Of a DNA stretch of 64,000 bases, positions 50,706-62,500 are shown one piece after another. This DNA comes from Neoechinorhynchus agilis (Eukaryota > Animalia > Acanthocephala). The translations under genes and the position numbers were made by a program. Location of the stretch: NCBI GenBank assembly GCA_051530055.1, contig CM121342.1:6013489-6077488 (forward strand), in the 5' to 3' direction. Below the pieces are notes generated by a model. The model saw nothing but the letters and a program-made list of their open reading frames with translations, was not told the DNA's origin and searched no databases. How positions within the stretch are numbered: position 1 is the stretch's first letter; each line of letters starts with the position of its first letter.

Positions 50706-52146
50706 AAATGAAACAATGAATATAAATTTTAAGTGTTCTACTTAGTCGGTTGCGTTAGAAAACAAGAGGAGTTCACACAATGGCCATGCTGTTATTAATG
50801 GCAGCGACCTGTAAAGTCTGCATGGAAACCGACTGAAAATCAACAAAGTCAATAGACAAGAATTTAAAGTGTGATAACAACAGCGGTCTGGGCTTATTTG
50901 TAACATCAAGAAGGACCGAGTAATCAATCATGTCGAAATAATCCTTTCTTGGCCATCGGCGAAGTCATTAGACCGAATAGAATACGGCGTAATTTTAATG
51001 GACAGTGAAATTATTTAGTAGAAGATCTTATAAGGATGACATTCGTGACATTTATACCCACGCGGCTGATTTAATCCATTGATAATGTTGCTCGAAAGAG
51101 ATTGTTAGTTCAAAGTTCTCGATTTCCTTCTTATCAGTCTGCTGAGACCTTCGGATCAGTTCTAACAACCTGTACCAGATGAATAAACATTTGACACTCG
51201 AGTGATTGATTGCCAAATGATTAATAGGGCAAAAGGGATTGGTTGAGAACTAGGCCGTCTCTATGTATCAATTAATATATTTTCGATTAGTACAAAATTG
51301 TTTCAAGATTTAATTGTTTTCTGGTGGTCGACGAAAACAATCGGCAGTTTTATGCACCCGCGCCAGAAACAACCAATAGCAAATAAATTAGGCAATATAA
51401 CGAAAAAAAGACAACTTTTAAATGATAAAAACTCTGAATTTTTCAAAAAAAAGACGTTCAATCCTTACCTGATTGAATTTATTTTTTGTTCACAAAAGTG
51501 TACATCTCCATTGTTCGTGGTCAGTTCATTCCATATTTAAGTTCTCAACAATTCCATTGATTTTTATATTATTTGATAATTTTCTGCCTTCGTATAGGCC
51601 TTATTCAGTGGCCAAAATGTATCAAAAATAAATCAATTATTTGATAATTCTCGCTATAAAAAAAGCTAAAATGATGAACATCTTTACAAATTCCAGTTTG
51701 CTGATGGGACGGACAAATTGAAGGAAAAGGTCGATTTTCTATTAATTTGCAAATCTTGATCAAAAAAGTGAATATAAAATCGTTTCCAAAAACAAATGCA
51801 ATTCAATATCATTTGAACAATCTTAATGGATTGTGTGGCAATGTCTTTAAATGTGCGATGCTTATCTTATAAATTGCATATCACGATTCCGAGCCTCTGT
51901 TGCCTAAACAAAAAATTTCTTTTATATAAGACATTTGCCTAATAAATTTCATTTGGATCTTCCTTTCATAACCAGTTACAGAAATGTCCAATTAGATTTT
52001 TCGTTATGACAGCGAAATTAGATTAAAGAGCTGGAAACAATAATTAAAAAGCTTCTTAGTATTAATTATCGACAGAGAAAATCCTTCGGGATAATCCAAT
52101 TAGAATAGTGTCCCGGGCTCTTGAAATATTTTAATTTTGATTTATT

Positions 52147-52698
52147 TTACGATTTTCTCGTCGCTGATTTCAGCTTAAATATCATTTCAGCTTGTTTATT
52201 GATCACCTCTCGATGTTGTAAGACTTCGAACGCGGTCGAATATCCAAGATCGATCAAAGGAATTTCAACTTTGTTCATTGAATCTAGATGAACTCGAAGA
52301 TTTCTGCAAGTCTTATCATTTCGAACATCCAGAATTTCTTCGATCTGATAGTTCACGATGTTCGCATGGTTCATGTCAAAGGGTGCTCGTTGTAACAGAA
52401 TTTTAGATACTGGACCGAAAAACTGATTGGGCGTTTCAGTAAGACTTAAATGAACCGTTTGTTCTGCTTCTAAAAATGATTTGATATTGAATGCCATCAT
52501 CCAGTCGGGTGTCAATATTATGCATCGATTTAACCGTTTCATCACAATTGCAGCAAATAAAGGCACCTTTATGGGTATTCCAGCTTCAAATGGACCTATG
52601 GTTCCTACGCTTAATAGTTCGATTGATTCCATTGAAATGCTAGGAAGCACTGTTACAATTTGAGACTCTGCTAAGAATTCAATATCTCGTCCGTTCAT
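52147..52698 (-). CDS. GINS2: GINS complex subunit Psf2
   Basis: MNGRDIEFLAESQIVTVLP...GPFEAGIPIKVPLFAAIVMKR...IILTPDWM matches the Psf2 N-terminus; single exon. Confidence 0.88.
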   Translation of the reverse strand: MNGRDIEFLAESQIVTVLPSISMESIELLSVGTIGPFEAGIPIKVPLFAAIVMKRLNRCIILTPDWMMAFNIKSFLEAEQTVHLSLTETPNQFFGPVSKILLQRAPFDMNHANIVNYQIEEILDVRNDKTCRNLRVHLDSMNKVEIPLIDLGYSTAFEVLQHREVINKQAEMIFKLKSATRKS

Positions 52699-52770
52699 AA
52701 GTGTAAAATTATTGCGTAAAAGTGTCGAAATAAACATCACACACACACACACATTCTGGATAAATAAGAT

Positions 52771-54516
52771 TTAATGTAGTTCCGGTGTTTCAATGGACTC
52801 AAGAGAAACGTCTCTTAAATCACTAAGCCAAAATCCTCTTGGAGAGATCTTTACTTCCATTTTAGAATGCCGATTTGGATCAGGTCGATGCTTCAATGTT
52901 TGAACTGCAGCGGATGCTCGTGTTTCCTTTGCCCAGTCAAGCGGAGTTTGACCACAACCGTCTTTAAGGTTAACTTGACCGCCTTTACTGATCAATAACT
53001 TTAATAATCCAGGATCATTTCGTGAGGCTGCCAAATGCATTGGAGTCCATCCCCATTTATCCGGAGCATTTATTGCATTTGTCATCGCTTTTTTACCATG
53101 TTGCCCATATAATCCGTCCAACATGAGCTTTATAATATCAATGCTCATCTTATCCACGGCAGCATGAAGAGCACTCACGTTGTCCACATCAGGAATCGCG
53201 GGATTCGCGCTGTGAGATAATAGAAGCTTGCAAATGTCTAAAACAGTTTTCGGGAAATCTTAAAATATCGCTTTTATTTAGGAGTTGAGATCAATTGAAC
53301 ATTTAATATGGTCGTTATTCTGTCTAGATCAACTAATTTTAATCGATGGAATTTTTAAAATCACCGTAAAGTGCTTTATCTATTTTAAAAATCACCACTC
53401 CTTATTTTTTATTCTGACTTTTCACTAAATGCGCTATTCCAGATTTATTATCGAACGGAAAATGGGTGTTTTTTTCTTCAAATTTTCGACGTCTTCGTCA
53501 GGAAGCTTTTCTTCGGTTATCTGAAAAGGAATCAGAGGAGGGCAACGCTGTCCGTTTCCTTTTCAGATAACCGAAGAAAAGCTTCCTGACGAAGACGTCG
53601 AAAATTTGAAGAAATAAAACACCCATTTTCCGTTTGATAATAAATCTGGAATAAAACATGAGGATGTTGGGAAAAGAGGCTTTCCATAACTAAATGCGTT
53701 TGAAAAGGGACATTTAAAGAAAAACAATTATATTTCACGGATCATAATTAAAAGTTTGACCATAATCACATAACCAATCAAACGTTCAGCAATTTTCTCA
53801 AACTTTGTCACGGCTTTGTTTCGAACGACAAGGAATTCCAACTCTCTTTTTTATGGACAATTCGGTTTTTTCCAAATTTGCCAAACAAGGAGAAAAACAC
53901 CAGGGGACATTCCGACGATTAACAATAAAAAATCGATAAAACACTAACCTTCCCGTTCGCCTCTAACTGCTTCAAGAAGCATTGTTGTCCCTGTACTCCA
54001 GCAATTCCATCAATTCAGTTCCTCTTTTGGAATTGCTGATTTAGATACGGTCTGTTTGTTTACTCCAATACTTCTCGGTTGCTCTAACAACAATTTGGTA
54101 CATTCAAAAGAACCACCTCTGACCGAATGATAAAGGGCATTTCTATTTTCGACGTCCAAATGATTTATATGAGGATCGAACTGTAAAAAATATCGGCATA
54201 TTTCGGTTTTACCTAAATTTTTTGAATAGAATTATCCTAGGTTTTATGAGGACGTACCGTAGAATGCTGCATACATAAACAAAGTCATACCGTTTGCTTT
54301 TTCTTCATCTTCTTGATCAAGTATTTCTTTGATCATTTTAAGCTTTCGTGCTTCATTGAGAGGTTCAAGATTCTCATCAAAGAATTGACGAATCTCGTCT
54401 AGTTGAGATAGACAAACTAAACTGAATAAATATTCGAAAATCGCATTCTTTGAAATGGTCGATTTATAGAGTCCAAATGTAACAACGTTGATTATCGAGT
54501 TTGTGGTTGAGCCCAT
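52771..54516 (-). CDS. Multi-exon ankyrin-repeat protein
   Basis: Ankyrin motifs NGMTLFMYAAFY, NRNALYHSVRGG, TTMLLEAVRGEREDICKLLL, NVSALHAAV, GWTPMHLAA and GQTPLDWA. An intron of about 0.7 kb spans roughly 53245-53950; one junction is unresolved. Confidence 0.8.
53435..53653. repeat. Intronic foldback: 97-bp arms, 24-nt loop
   Basis: 53435-53531 pairs with 53556-53653, with one mismatch and one 1-nt bulge. Confidence 0.95.
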
Positions 54517-55114
54517 CAGAAAAGCATTGGATTGCTTTGGTGTTTTTATCGACGATGATTAAACGGCTCAAGAAAGGTTTCTTAATTTTCAACAATCTAT
54601 TTAACGAGCTCTTATCGCAAAAAAAGATAGTTTTGTGACTCTCAATTAGATATTTCCGAAAAACAAATCGGCTAATTCGAATTCTCCATGGAAAGCAAAT
54701 CAGATAGAGGATAATCATCGCTATGGAAGCCTTGAAACTGAATTGAACCCATTTAAGAACGGCCGTCTAGTTCCTAGGAAGCTGCAACTTTACTAGAATC
54801 ATTTTAGAATACGTCGCTGAGGGTAAAGCTGACTCATAACTGCTTGCTCATACAGAACTCTTGCTCGTTAAGAAGGTAAAATTTGCTCTAGACTCAGGAA
54901 TTTGTAATGGCATCTTTAAAAGGCGAAAGGTCAAAGAAAAGAGTCGCTTTTGTCAAACTGCTTTTGATTTATACAAATTCGGAGGAGAGCAAAGTTCAGT
55001 TCTGGTCTAATTGATCAGTTGAGATAAATTCTTTTCCATGCAAATCAACAATCTTTTAAACCCACTTAAAAACAAGCAATCGAAACATATTAAAATAAAT
55101 TTGGCCGTACGTTA

Positions 55115-56500
55115 AAAGAAGTCTTCAACTCTCACTAAAACAAACTGAAACAAACTGAAACAAACAATTTATTGTTGTCTTCAACTCTCACTAAAAAAAC
55201 TGAAACAAACAATTTAATGGCTTAAATAAAAACAAAAATAATACATTTGTCCATACTTTTAAAGGAGTCTTCAAGTATAACTAAAACAAACAGAAACAAG
55301 CAATTTAATGGCTTAAATAAAAACAAAAATTCTGCATTTGTCCATACTTTTAAAGAAGTCTTAAAGTCTCATTAAAACAAACAGAAACAAACAATTTATT
55401 GGCTTAAATAAAAACAAAAATTCTGCATTTGTCCATACTTTTAAAGAAGTCTTCAAGTATAACTAAAACAAACTGAAACAAACAATTTATTGGCTTAAAT
55501 AAAAACAAAAATAATACATTTGTCCATACTTTTAAAGGAGTCTTAAAGTCTCATTAAAACAAACTGAAGCAAACAGCACACAATTTATTGATTTAAATAG
55601 AAACAAAAATTCTGCATTTGTCCATACTTTTAAAGGAGTCTTCAAGTCTCACTAAAACAAACTGAAACAAACAATTTAATGGCTTAAATAAAAACAAAAA
55701 TTATACATTTGTCCATACTTTTAAAGGAGTCTTCAAGTCTCATTAAAACAAACTGAAACAAACAGCAATTTATTGATTTAAATAAAAACAAAAATTCTGC
55801 ATTTGTCCATACTTTTAAAGAAGTCTTCAAGTCTCACTAAAACAAACTGAAACAAACAATTTATTGGCTTAAATAAAAACAAAAATAATACATTTGTCCA
55901 TACTTTTAAAGGAGTCTTAAAGTCTCATTAAAACAAACTGAAAAAACAATTTATTGATTTAAATCAAAACAAAAATTATACATTTGTCCATAGTTAAAAG
56001 GAGTCTTAAAGTTTCATTGAAACAAACTGAAAAAAACAATTTATTGTTGTCTTCAAGTCTAACTAAAACAAACTGAAACAAACAATTTATTGTTTTAAAT
56101 AAAAACAAAAATTATGCATTTGTCCATACTTTTAAAGGAGTCTTCAAGTCTCATTAAAACAAACTGAAACAAACAACAAACAATTTATTGATTTAAATAA
56201 AAACAAAAATTCTGCATTTGTCCATACTTTTAAAGGAGTCTTCAAGTCTCATTAAAACAAACTGAAACAAACAGCAAACAATTTATTGATTTAAATAAAA
56301 ACAAAAATTCTGCATTTGTCCATACTTTTTAAGGAGTCTTCAAGTCTCATTAAAACAAACTGAAACAAACAACAAACAATTTATTGGCTTAAATAAAAAC
56401 AAAAATTCTGCATTTGTCCATACTTTTAAAGGAGTCTTCAAGTCTCACTAAGACAAACTGAAGCAAACAACAAACAATTTAATGGCTTAAATAAAAACCA
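55115..56500. repeat. Tandem array, about 91-bp unit, about 15 copies
   Basis: aag(g/a)agtctt at 55261, 55353, 55444, 55535 and onward. Confidence 0.95.
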
Positions 56501-57334
56501 AAATTGTTCTGAAATTTGATAATTTCCTTTCTTCGTAAAATTGATGGAGTCGCATTTCTGATGATATTTTTGACAATTAATGAACCATAAAGATGTTATC
56601 CATAGATTGTTTTGGTCAAAACGAAATAAAGAAAAGGAAGCTCTACCTTTTATCTACTTCCAAACACTTCTGAAAACGTCCAATGCGTAGAAGACGAAAT
56701 CTGTGGAAAAGAGACTTTCTTTTGGTAGTTTTGCCAACGACAAACCTTTATGAAAATGTCGGAAATAAATTAGTGACTCTAAATCATCGGACTGATAAAA
56801 CTACTAAAAGAAAATAAACAAAAATAAATTAATGAGCTGATGTAATTTTTTGTTGCTCCAACATTCATAGGGACGACGGAATCAGGAACGAGCCTAGTAA
56901 TTCATATAGAAATTCCTCGATTTTTTAAACCTATTCTCATCGAACGAAATCGATACTATCGTCAAATACGACCTAAAAAAAGGAATAGTCCACAACAAAT
57001 ACTCGTTGATGCTTTGTGTATCGAAAACAAGTAACTACCTACAATGTGATATTGTCGTCCGTAGAAAATGAGAAATACAACCATAGCCGTAGTAATCATT
57101 ATTCTCTTCTTTTATAAGATCACCGACTGTAAAAAGATTGGTTAGTCTTGATTTCTGAGGTCCATAATGGCCACAAAAAGACACTACACCGCAATCTTAT
57201 GGGTTTCTTTTAAAGATCCGGACTTTACTTGAGGGGTGATTGGAATTTCAAAGCAATTCTAGTTTTTGGGAAGTCCTAAACTAAAAATTATGCATTAAAA
57301 ATCCAAAACCAGTCCAATTTTCATTAAAATTTGC

Positions 57335-57930
57335 GCCCGAGTGAATTCTAAAAGTTAACTTGAATCACAAAAACGTTCTAATCCAAAGAAAAATACGAAT
57401 CCTGATTTTAAATAATAAAAATGAGCAATAAACAATTTTTTTAGCGATTTTCCGTTTCTTTTAAAAGTGCATTTTTAAATGGTTAATAAAATCAATAGAA
57501 AAAATTCTCAGGTTTAAAGAGCGAATTAATACTTTTCGTTTTCTCCAATAAATTCATTGGCTTCTTAGACTTAAAAAATAGAGCCATTTTTTTCGCCCGA
57601 GTGAATTCTAAAAGTTAACTTGAATCACAAAAACGTTCTAATCAAAAAAAAATAAGAATCCTGATTTTGTGGCCGGGGCGGAATAAATAGTAAAAATGAG
57701 CAAGAAATAAAAAAAATTAGCGGTATTATTTTTTTTAAAAGTGCATTTTTAAATGGTTAATAAAATCAATAGAAAAAATTCTCAGGTTTAAAGAGCGAAT
57801 TAATACTTTTCGTTTTCTCCAATTTAAATAATAAAAATGAGCAATAAACAATTTTTTTACCGATTTTCCGTTTCTTTTAAAAGTGAATTTTTAAATGGTT
57901 AATAAAATCAATAGAGCATAGATAATCCTT
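57335..57930. repeat. Degenerate tandem duplication, about 260-bp unit
   Basis: gcccgagtgaattctaaaagttaacttg at about 57335 and 57595; further blocks are repeated a third time. Confidence 0.8.
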
Positions 57931-58231
57931 TTCGTTTTCTTTAAAATGAATTTGAAATATTTAATTGAATTAAACTTGACACTTTTTGGGCCTCATAATT
58001 TGATGATGGCCACTTAAAATTTGTGTGATTCCAAAAAAAAATAGATATTAAACAATAAAGTGAATTCCAAACAAAAAAGATATCGATTATTATAAATCGT
58101 CATTAAAAAAAAGGGTTAAAATGTGGAAACAATTTAAGAATAGTCCACTTTCGATCAAGTAGAATCTTTCGTGTTGTGTAGATCGACTTTTTTTTCTCGA
58201 ACCCCACAATTCCGGTTCAAAGATTGACTCA

Positions 58232-58840
58232 ATGTCGACTCCGGCGCGTCGTCGACTGATGCGGGATTTCAAAAAGTAAGTGATTTTGATTATTGATTTT
58301 ATTTTTATATTAAAGACTTCAATCGGACGATAATATGGGTATAAGTGCAAGTCCAACAGACGACAACATAATGGTATGGGACGCTGTGATTTTTGGACCG
58401 GAGGACACTCCCTTCGAAGACGGAACATTTAAACTTCGACTGGAGTTTTCTGAAGATTATCCAGCAAAAGCTCCGTTGGTGAAGTTCACTACAAAAATGT
58501 TCCATCCAAACAGTAAGCGGACGCTATTCAAATTATGAAAGATTTTCTTTTAGTCTATAACGACGGTCGGATTTGTTTGGACATTCTACAGACTCGATGG
58601 AGTCCTACTTATGATGTAGAAGCGATTCTTACCTCGATTCAGGTGAGTTTTGTCTTCTTTTTTTCCAAGGGTGAGTTTTAGAACGTTCAGTCTCTTCTTA
58701 ATGAGCCAAATACCAATTCACCGGCTAATAATGAGGCAGCAGAGTTGTATGTGAAAAACAAGAGCGAATACGCGGCACGAGTTCGGGCTTGCGTCCGGGA
58801 GAGTTGGAAATCCGTGGATTCTGTTGGTGCCAATAATTGA
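58232..58840 (+). CDS. UBE2A: Ubiquitin-conjugating enzyme RAD6/UBE2A-B (4 exons)
   Basis: [50 protein letters not shown] and SPAN. Introns at 58276-58315, 58513-58553 and 58643-58690. Confidence 0.95.
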
Positions 58841-58931
58841 GAGAGAGAATATATTGTCTTCTTTAAACTATCGTAAAATATCTCCTTTTTTTGTTTAATA
58901 TTTGAGACTCTGCATTAGACGCGCTTTTTAG

Positions 58932-59081
58932 TCCTTGCTCAACGATCCAAACCCGTCGTCGCCCGCAAATGTTGTGGCCGCCAATATGTTCATCGTGAAC
59001 AAGGCTCAGTATGAGAAGGCAGTTAGGATTGCCGTCGAGGAGAGCTGGAAATGCGTCCAGCGAGATGATGATGTCGCATAA
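58932..59081 (+). CDS. Duplicated alternative terminal exon (4b) of RAD6/UBE2A
   Basis: ttttag acceptor, phase 0, 150 nt, encoding [55 protein letters not shown] at 59080-59085. Confidence 0.8.
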   Translation, partial: SLLNDPNPSSPANVVAANMFIVNKAQYEKAVRIAVEESWKCVQRDDDVA

Positions 59082-59084
59082 TAA

Positions 59085-60930
59085 ACTCATTCGTCTCGAG
59101 AGAACACTCGAATTCGCAAGGGATCCTCAGGCTGTTTGCCGCCGGTCTGTAGAATCTTGTTTTCCGCTCTTTCGTCCGAAACTCATTCGAGATTATCCGT
59201 CGCTCGTTGTTGGCGCCGTGGAGTAAATTTAAAAGAAAATGTAAAACTCTTTCTCATCCGTTTAATTAATAGTTCTCAAGAGAACACTCGAATTCGTGAG
59301 AGGTTCTGAGGTTGGATATTTGCCGCCGGTCTGTAGAATTTTGTTTTCCGCTCTTTCGTCCGAAACTCATTCGTGATTATCCGTCGCTCGTTGTTGGCGC
59401 CGTGGAGTAAATTTAAAAGAAAATGTGAACTCTTTCTCACATGGAAAAACTCGAAATAAATCCGTTTAATTTATAGTTCTCAAGAGAACACTCGAATTCG
59501 TGAGAGGTTCTGAGGTTCGCTGTTTGCCGCCGGTCTGTAGAATCTTGTTTTCCGCTCTTTCGTCCGAAACTCATTCGAGATTATCCGTCGCTCGTTGTCG
59601 AATTCGAGGTCTGAGGTTGTTTTGCCGGTCTGTAGAATTTGTTTTCCGCTCTTTCGTCCGAAACTCATTCGTGATTATCCGTCGCGTGCGCCGTGGAGTA
59701 AATTTAAAAGAAAATGTAAACTCTTTCTCATCCGTTTAATTAATAGTTCTCAAGAGAACACCGATTCGGGACTGGGTGGGCCGGTTGTAGAATTTGTTTC
59801 CGCTCTTCGTCCGAAACTCATTCGTGATTATCCGTCGCTCGTTGTCGAATTCGTGAGAGGTTCTGAGGTTGGATATTTGCCGGTCTGTAGAATTTTGTTG
59901 TTTTCCGCTCTTTCGTCCGAAACTCATTCGTGATTATCCGTCGCTCGTTGTTGGCGCCGTGGAGTAAATTTAAAAGAAAATGTGAAACTCTTTCTCATCC
60001 GTTTAATTAATAGTTCTCAAGAGAACACTCGAATTCGCAAGGGATCCTGAGGCTGTTTGCCGCCGGTCTGTAGAATCTTGTTTTCCGCTCTTTCGTCCGA
60101 AACTCATTCGTGATTATCCGTCGCTCGTTGTTGGCGCCGTGGAGTAAATTTAAAAGAAAATGTAAAACTCTTTCTCATCCGTTTAATTAATAGTTCTCAA
60201 GAGAACACTCGAATTCGCAAGGGATCCTGAGGTTGGCTGTTTGCCGCCGGTCTGTAGATCTTGTTTTCCGCTCTTTCGTCCGAAACTCATTCGGATTATC
60301 CGTCGCTCGTTGTTGGCGCCGTGGAGTAAATTTAAAGAAAATGTAAAACTCTTTCTCATCCGTTTAATTAATAGTTCTCAAGAGAACACTCGAATTCGTA
60401 AGGTTCTGAGGTTGGATATTTGCCGGTCTGTAGAATTTTGTTTTCCGCTCTTTCGTCCGAAACTCATTCGTGATTATCCGTCGCTCGTTGTTGGCGCCGT
60501 GGAGTAAATTTAAAAGAAAATGTGAAACTCTTTCTCACATGGAAAAACTCAAAATAAATCCGTTTAATTAATAGTTCTCAAGAGAACACTCGAATTCGTG
60601 AGAGGTTCTGAGGTTGGATATTTGCCGGTCTGTAGAATTTTGTTTTCCGCTCTTTCGTCCGAAACTCATTCGTGATTATCCGTCGCTCGTTGTTGGCGCC
60701 GTGGAGTAAATTTAAAAGAAAATGTAAAACTCTTTCTCACATGGAAAAACTCAAAATAAATCCGTTTAATTTATAGTTCTCAAGAGAACACTCGAATTCG
60801 TGAAACGTTCTGAGGTTGGCTGTTTAATTTGCCTGTTCAAAACAGTTTAAAAAATTGAGATTTTAAAACGTTTTTGTCTTGTAGAATTTTGTTTATTTTT
60901 TTTCTGCTCTTTCGTCCGAAACTCATTCGT
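59085..60930. repeat. Tandem array, about 180-200 bp unit with internal subunits
   Basis: gctctttcgtccgaaactcattcg recurs about 12 times; the array starts directly after the exon 4b stop. Confidence 0.93.
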
Positions 60931-61339
60931 GTTTGAAGAATTGAGCAGTGGGGAACAAAGAGCAAAAGTAGAAATTTGAACGATCAACTGAACGATGGAA
61001 AATGTTATTGAGTTGAAATTTTGGAGGAATGAAAGCGTTAGACCGCACCTCTCCTCTTGTGAAAGATTTTAAGTTTTTTTTAAAGAGATTAGAAGAAAAG
61101 GATTGCGGAAATACAAAACCTTTAATAGACATTTCGTTCAGAAAAATTGAGAGTTTTCGATAAACTTCTGTTTAAAGAGCGTAAAAACCAAAATTCTAGT
61201 CTTCGGATGGTCAATTTGTTCGTCTCGGATTTCGAAATGTTGGTGAAAATGTTTAATCGGAAAAGAAAAGTTGGAATTTTAGAGAGGTGGAGAAAAAGTC
61301 GGAATTGAAAAGTCGTAAAATCCGGAAAACGACAACAGA
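60930..61339 (-). repeat. Dispersed 410-bp repeat, copy B (inverted)
   Basis: Reverse complement of 38818-39227. Confidence 0.9.
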
Positions 61340-61341
61340 TT

Positions 61342-61503
61342 TCAATCTTCAAACACTCTTTTCTTATTTTAATGCTCGAAACTACATACGAGCGTTCGGT
61401 GTTGTAAAATTCAGAGTCAATTTGAACTTCAAATAGTATTTTGTTCAAACCTGAACCAATTCTTATGAAAGATCTTCCTAAGAAAAGAGTGTTTGAAGAT
61501 TGA
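61342..61503. repeat. Perfect 25-bp inverted repeat, 112-nt spacer
   Basis: tcaatcttcaaacactcttttctta / taagaaaagagtgtttgaagattga. Confidence 0.85.
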
Positions 61504-62289
61504 CTCTTTGCGCAACAAGATTGATGATTGTCCCACTTTAGATTTTCTTGAGAAGATGCTGTTGATCTAAAGAGCTATTTGAGATTGAGGGATTTTTTTC
61601 TCTGAAGAGAAAATCGCCAATGTAAAACAAAAAACCGGATAAAAGTTGTATATTTTTGCTTTTGTTCAAAAACAAACAGATTGACACATTGTTTACAAAA
61701 TATTTGAATCAGACCAGCGTAATAATCGACAATTAATAAAAATTTTATTATATGATTCACTTTTTACTCATTTTCTTCGTTGTGTTTATTCCTCTTTTTA
61801 TTGCTTTGAATATCGATAATCACTACTTTTTCGTTTTATCCTCCTTGCGGTTGATGAATCTTATTGTGGTCCGTAGTATTCGCGACTATTCGAAGATCTA
61901 AGACCGTTTGTAGCCGTAATCCAAACTTAAATTAAGTGATGGAACATCCCTTACTCGGTTTTTGTGAACTGATTGAATCACTTAGACTTTGAAACATACG
62001 GTTATGAGTTTCTACATCCCTCTGAGGATCCTGACTCTCGACGATATTTCGTCCGCTTTGGTTCTGAGTAGCCTAGAATATACTAATCGCCCGCAAAACT
62101 TTTTCCGGCGGGCACTCAAGGACTCCATCAATCAGTATTTTTTGCCCTGACTCAAATTACAATCATTGCTCCACATCGGACTCCACACAAACTATCACTC
62201 ACGTTTATAAGAATCATCAAGGAAAAATCCATGGGATGATAGAGTTGTGGAGATTACACAATCAAACGTATTTGTTGGGATATTTCGCG

Positions 62290-62500
62290 AGACAAACGGA
62301 CAGTACCGAATTCATAGACCCTCTAAACCCTCATTATAAATCACAGTTTTTTATACGGCATCTTTCCTTTATGCCTGAAAACTGCTAAAGTGATCCTTCT
62401 TCCGAAAAATGGATATCCGATATAGGCCGAATCATTCTGTCCAATATCCATCCTGGCCGCTCTTTCATAAAATCATCGAAAAATGTTTTAAACCACTTCT
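62290..62500 (+). mobile_element. Decayed LINE reverse-transcriptase fragment (CR1/L2-like)
   Basis: FLYGIFPLCLKTAKVILLPK...CPISILAALS* follows the G(I)FP..LK.AKV.P..K...RPIS.L..LSK pattern and contains stops. Confidence 0.55.

Noticed and set aside
57066-57235. Signal-peptide-like ORF MRNTTIAVVIIILFFYKITDCKKI
   Set aside because: The best splice gives only about 29 aa, which is insufficient support.
9733-58840. Functional cluster of replication/repair genes (ATAD2, MCM9, GINS2, RAD6)
   Set aside because: They are interspersed with unrelated genes, and co-occurrence in a gene-dense window is plausible by chance.
58863-59226. ORFs 58863-59090 (-) and 59011-59226 (+)
   Set aside because: Alternative readings of RAD6 exon 4b and the adjacent satellite.
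2572-60930. CRISPR arrays
   Set aside because: The arrays are whole-unit tandem repeats without unique spacers, the context is eukaryotic, and there are no cas genes.
59085-60930. Hammerhead-like CGAAUGAGUUUCGGACGAAA on the minus strand of the array
   Set aside because: The core is CGAAUGA rather than CUGANGA, and no strand completes stem III with a UH site.
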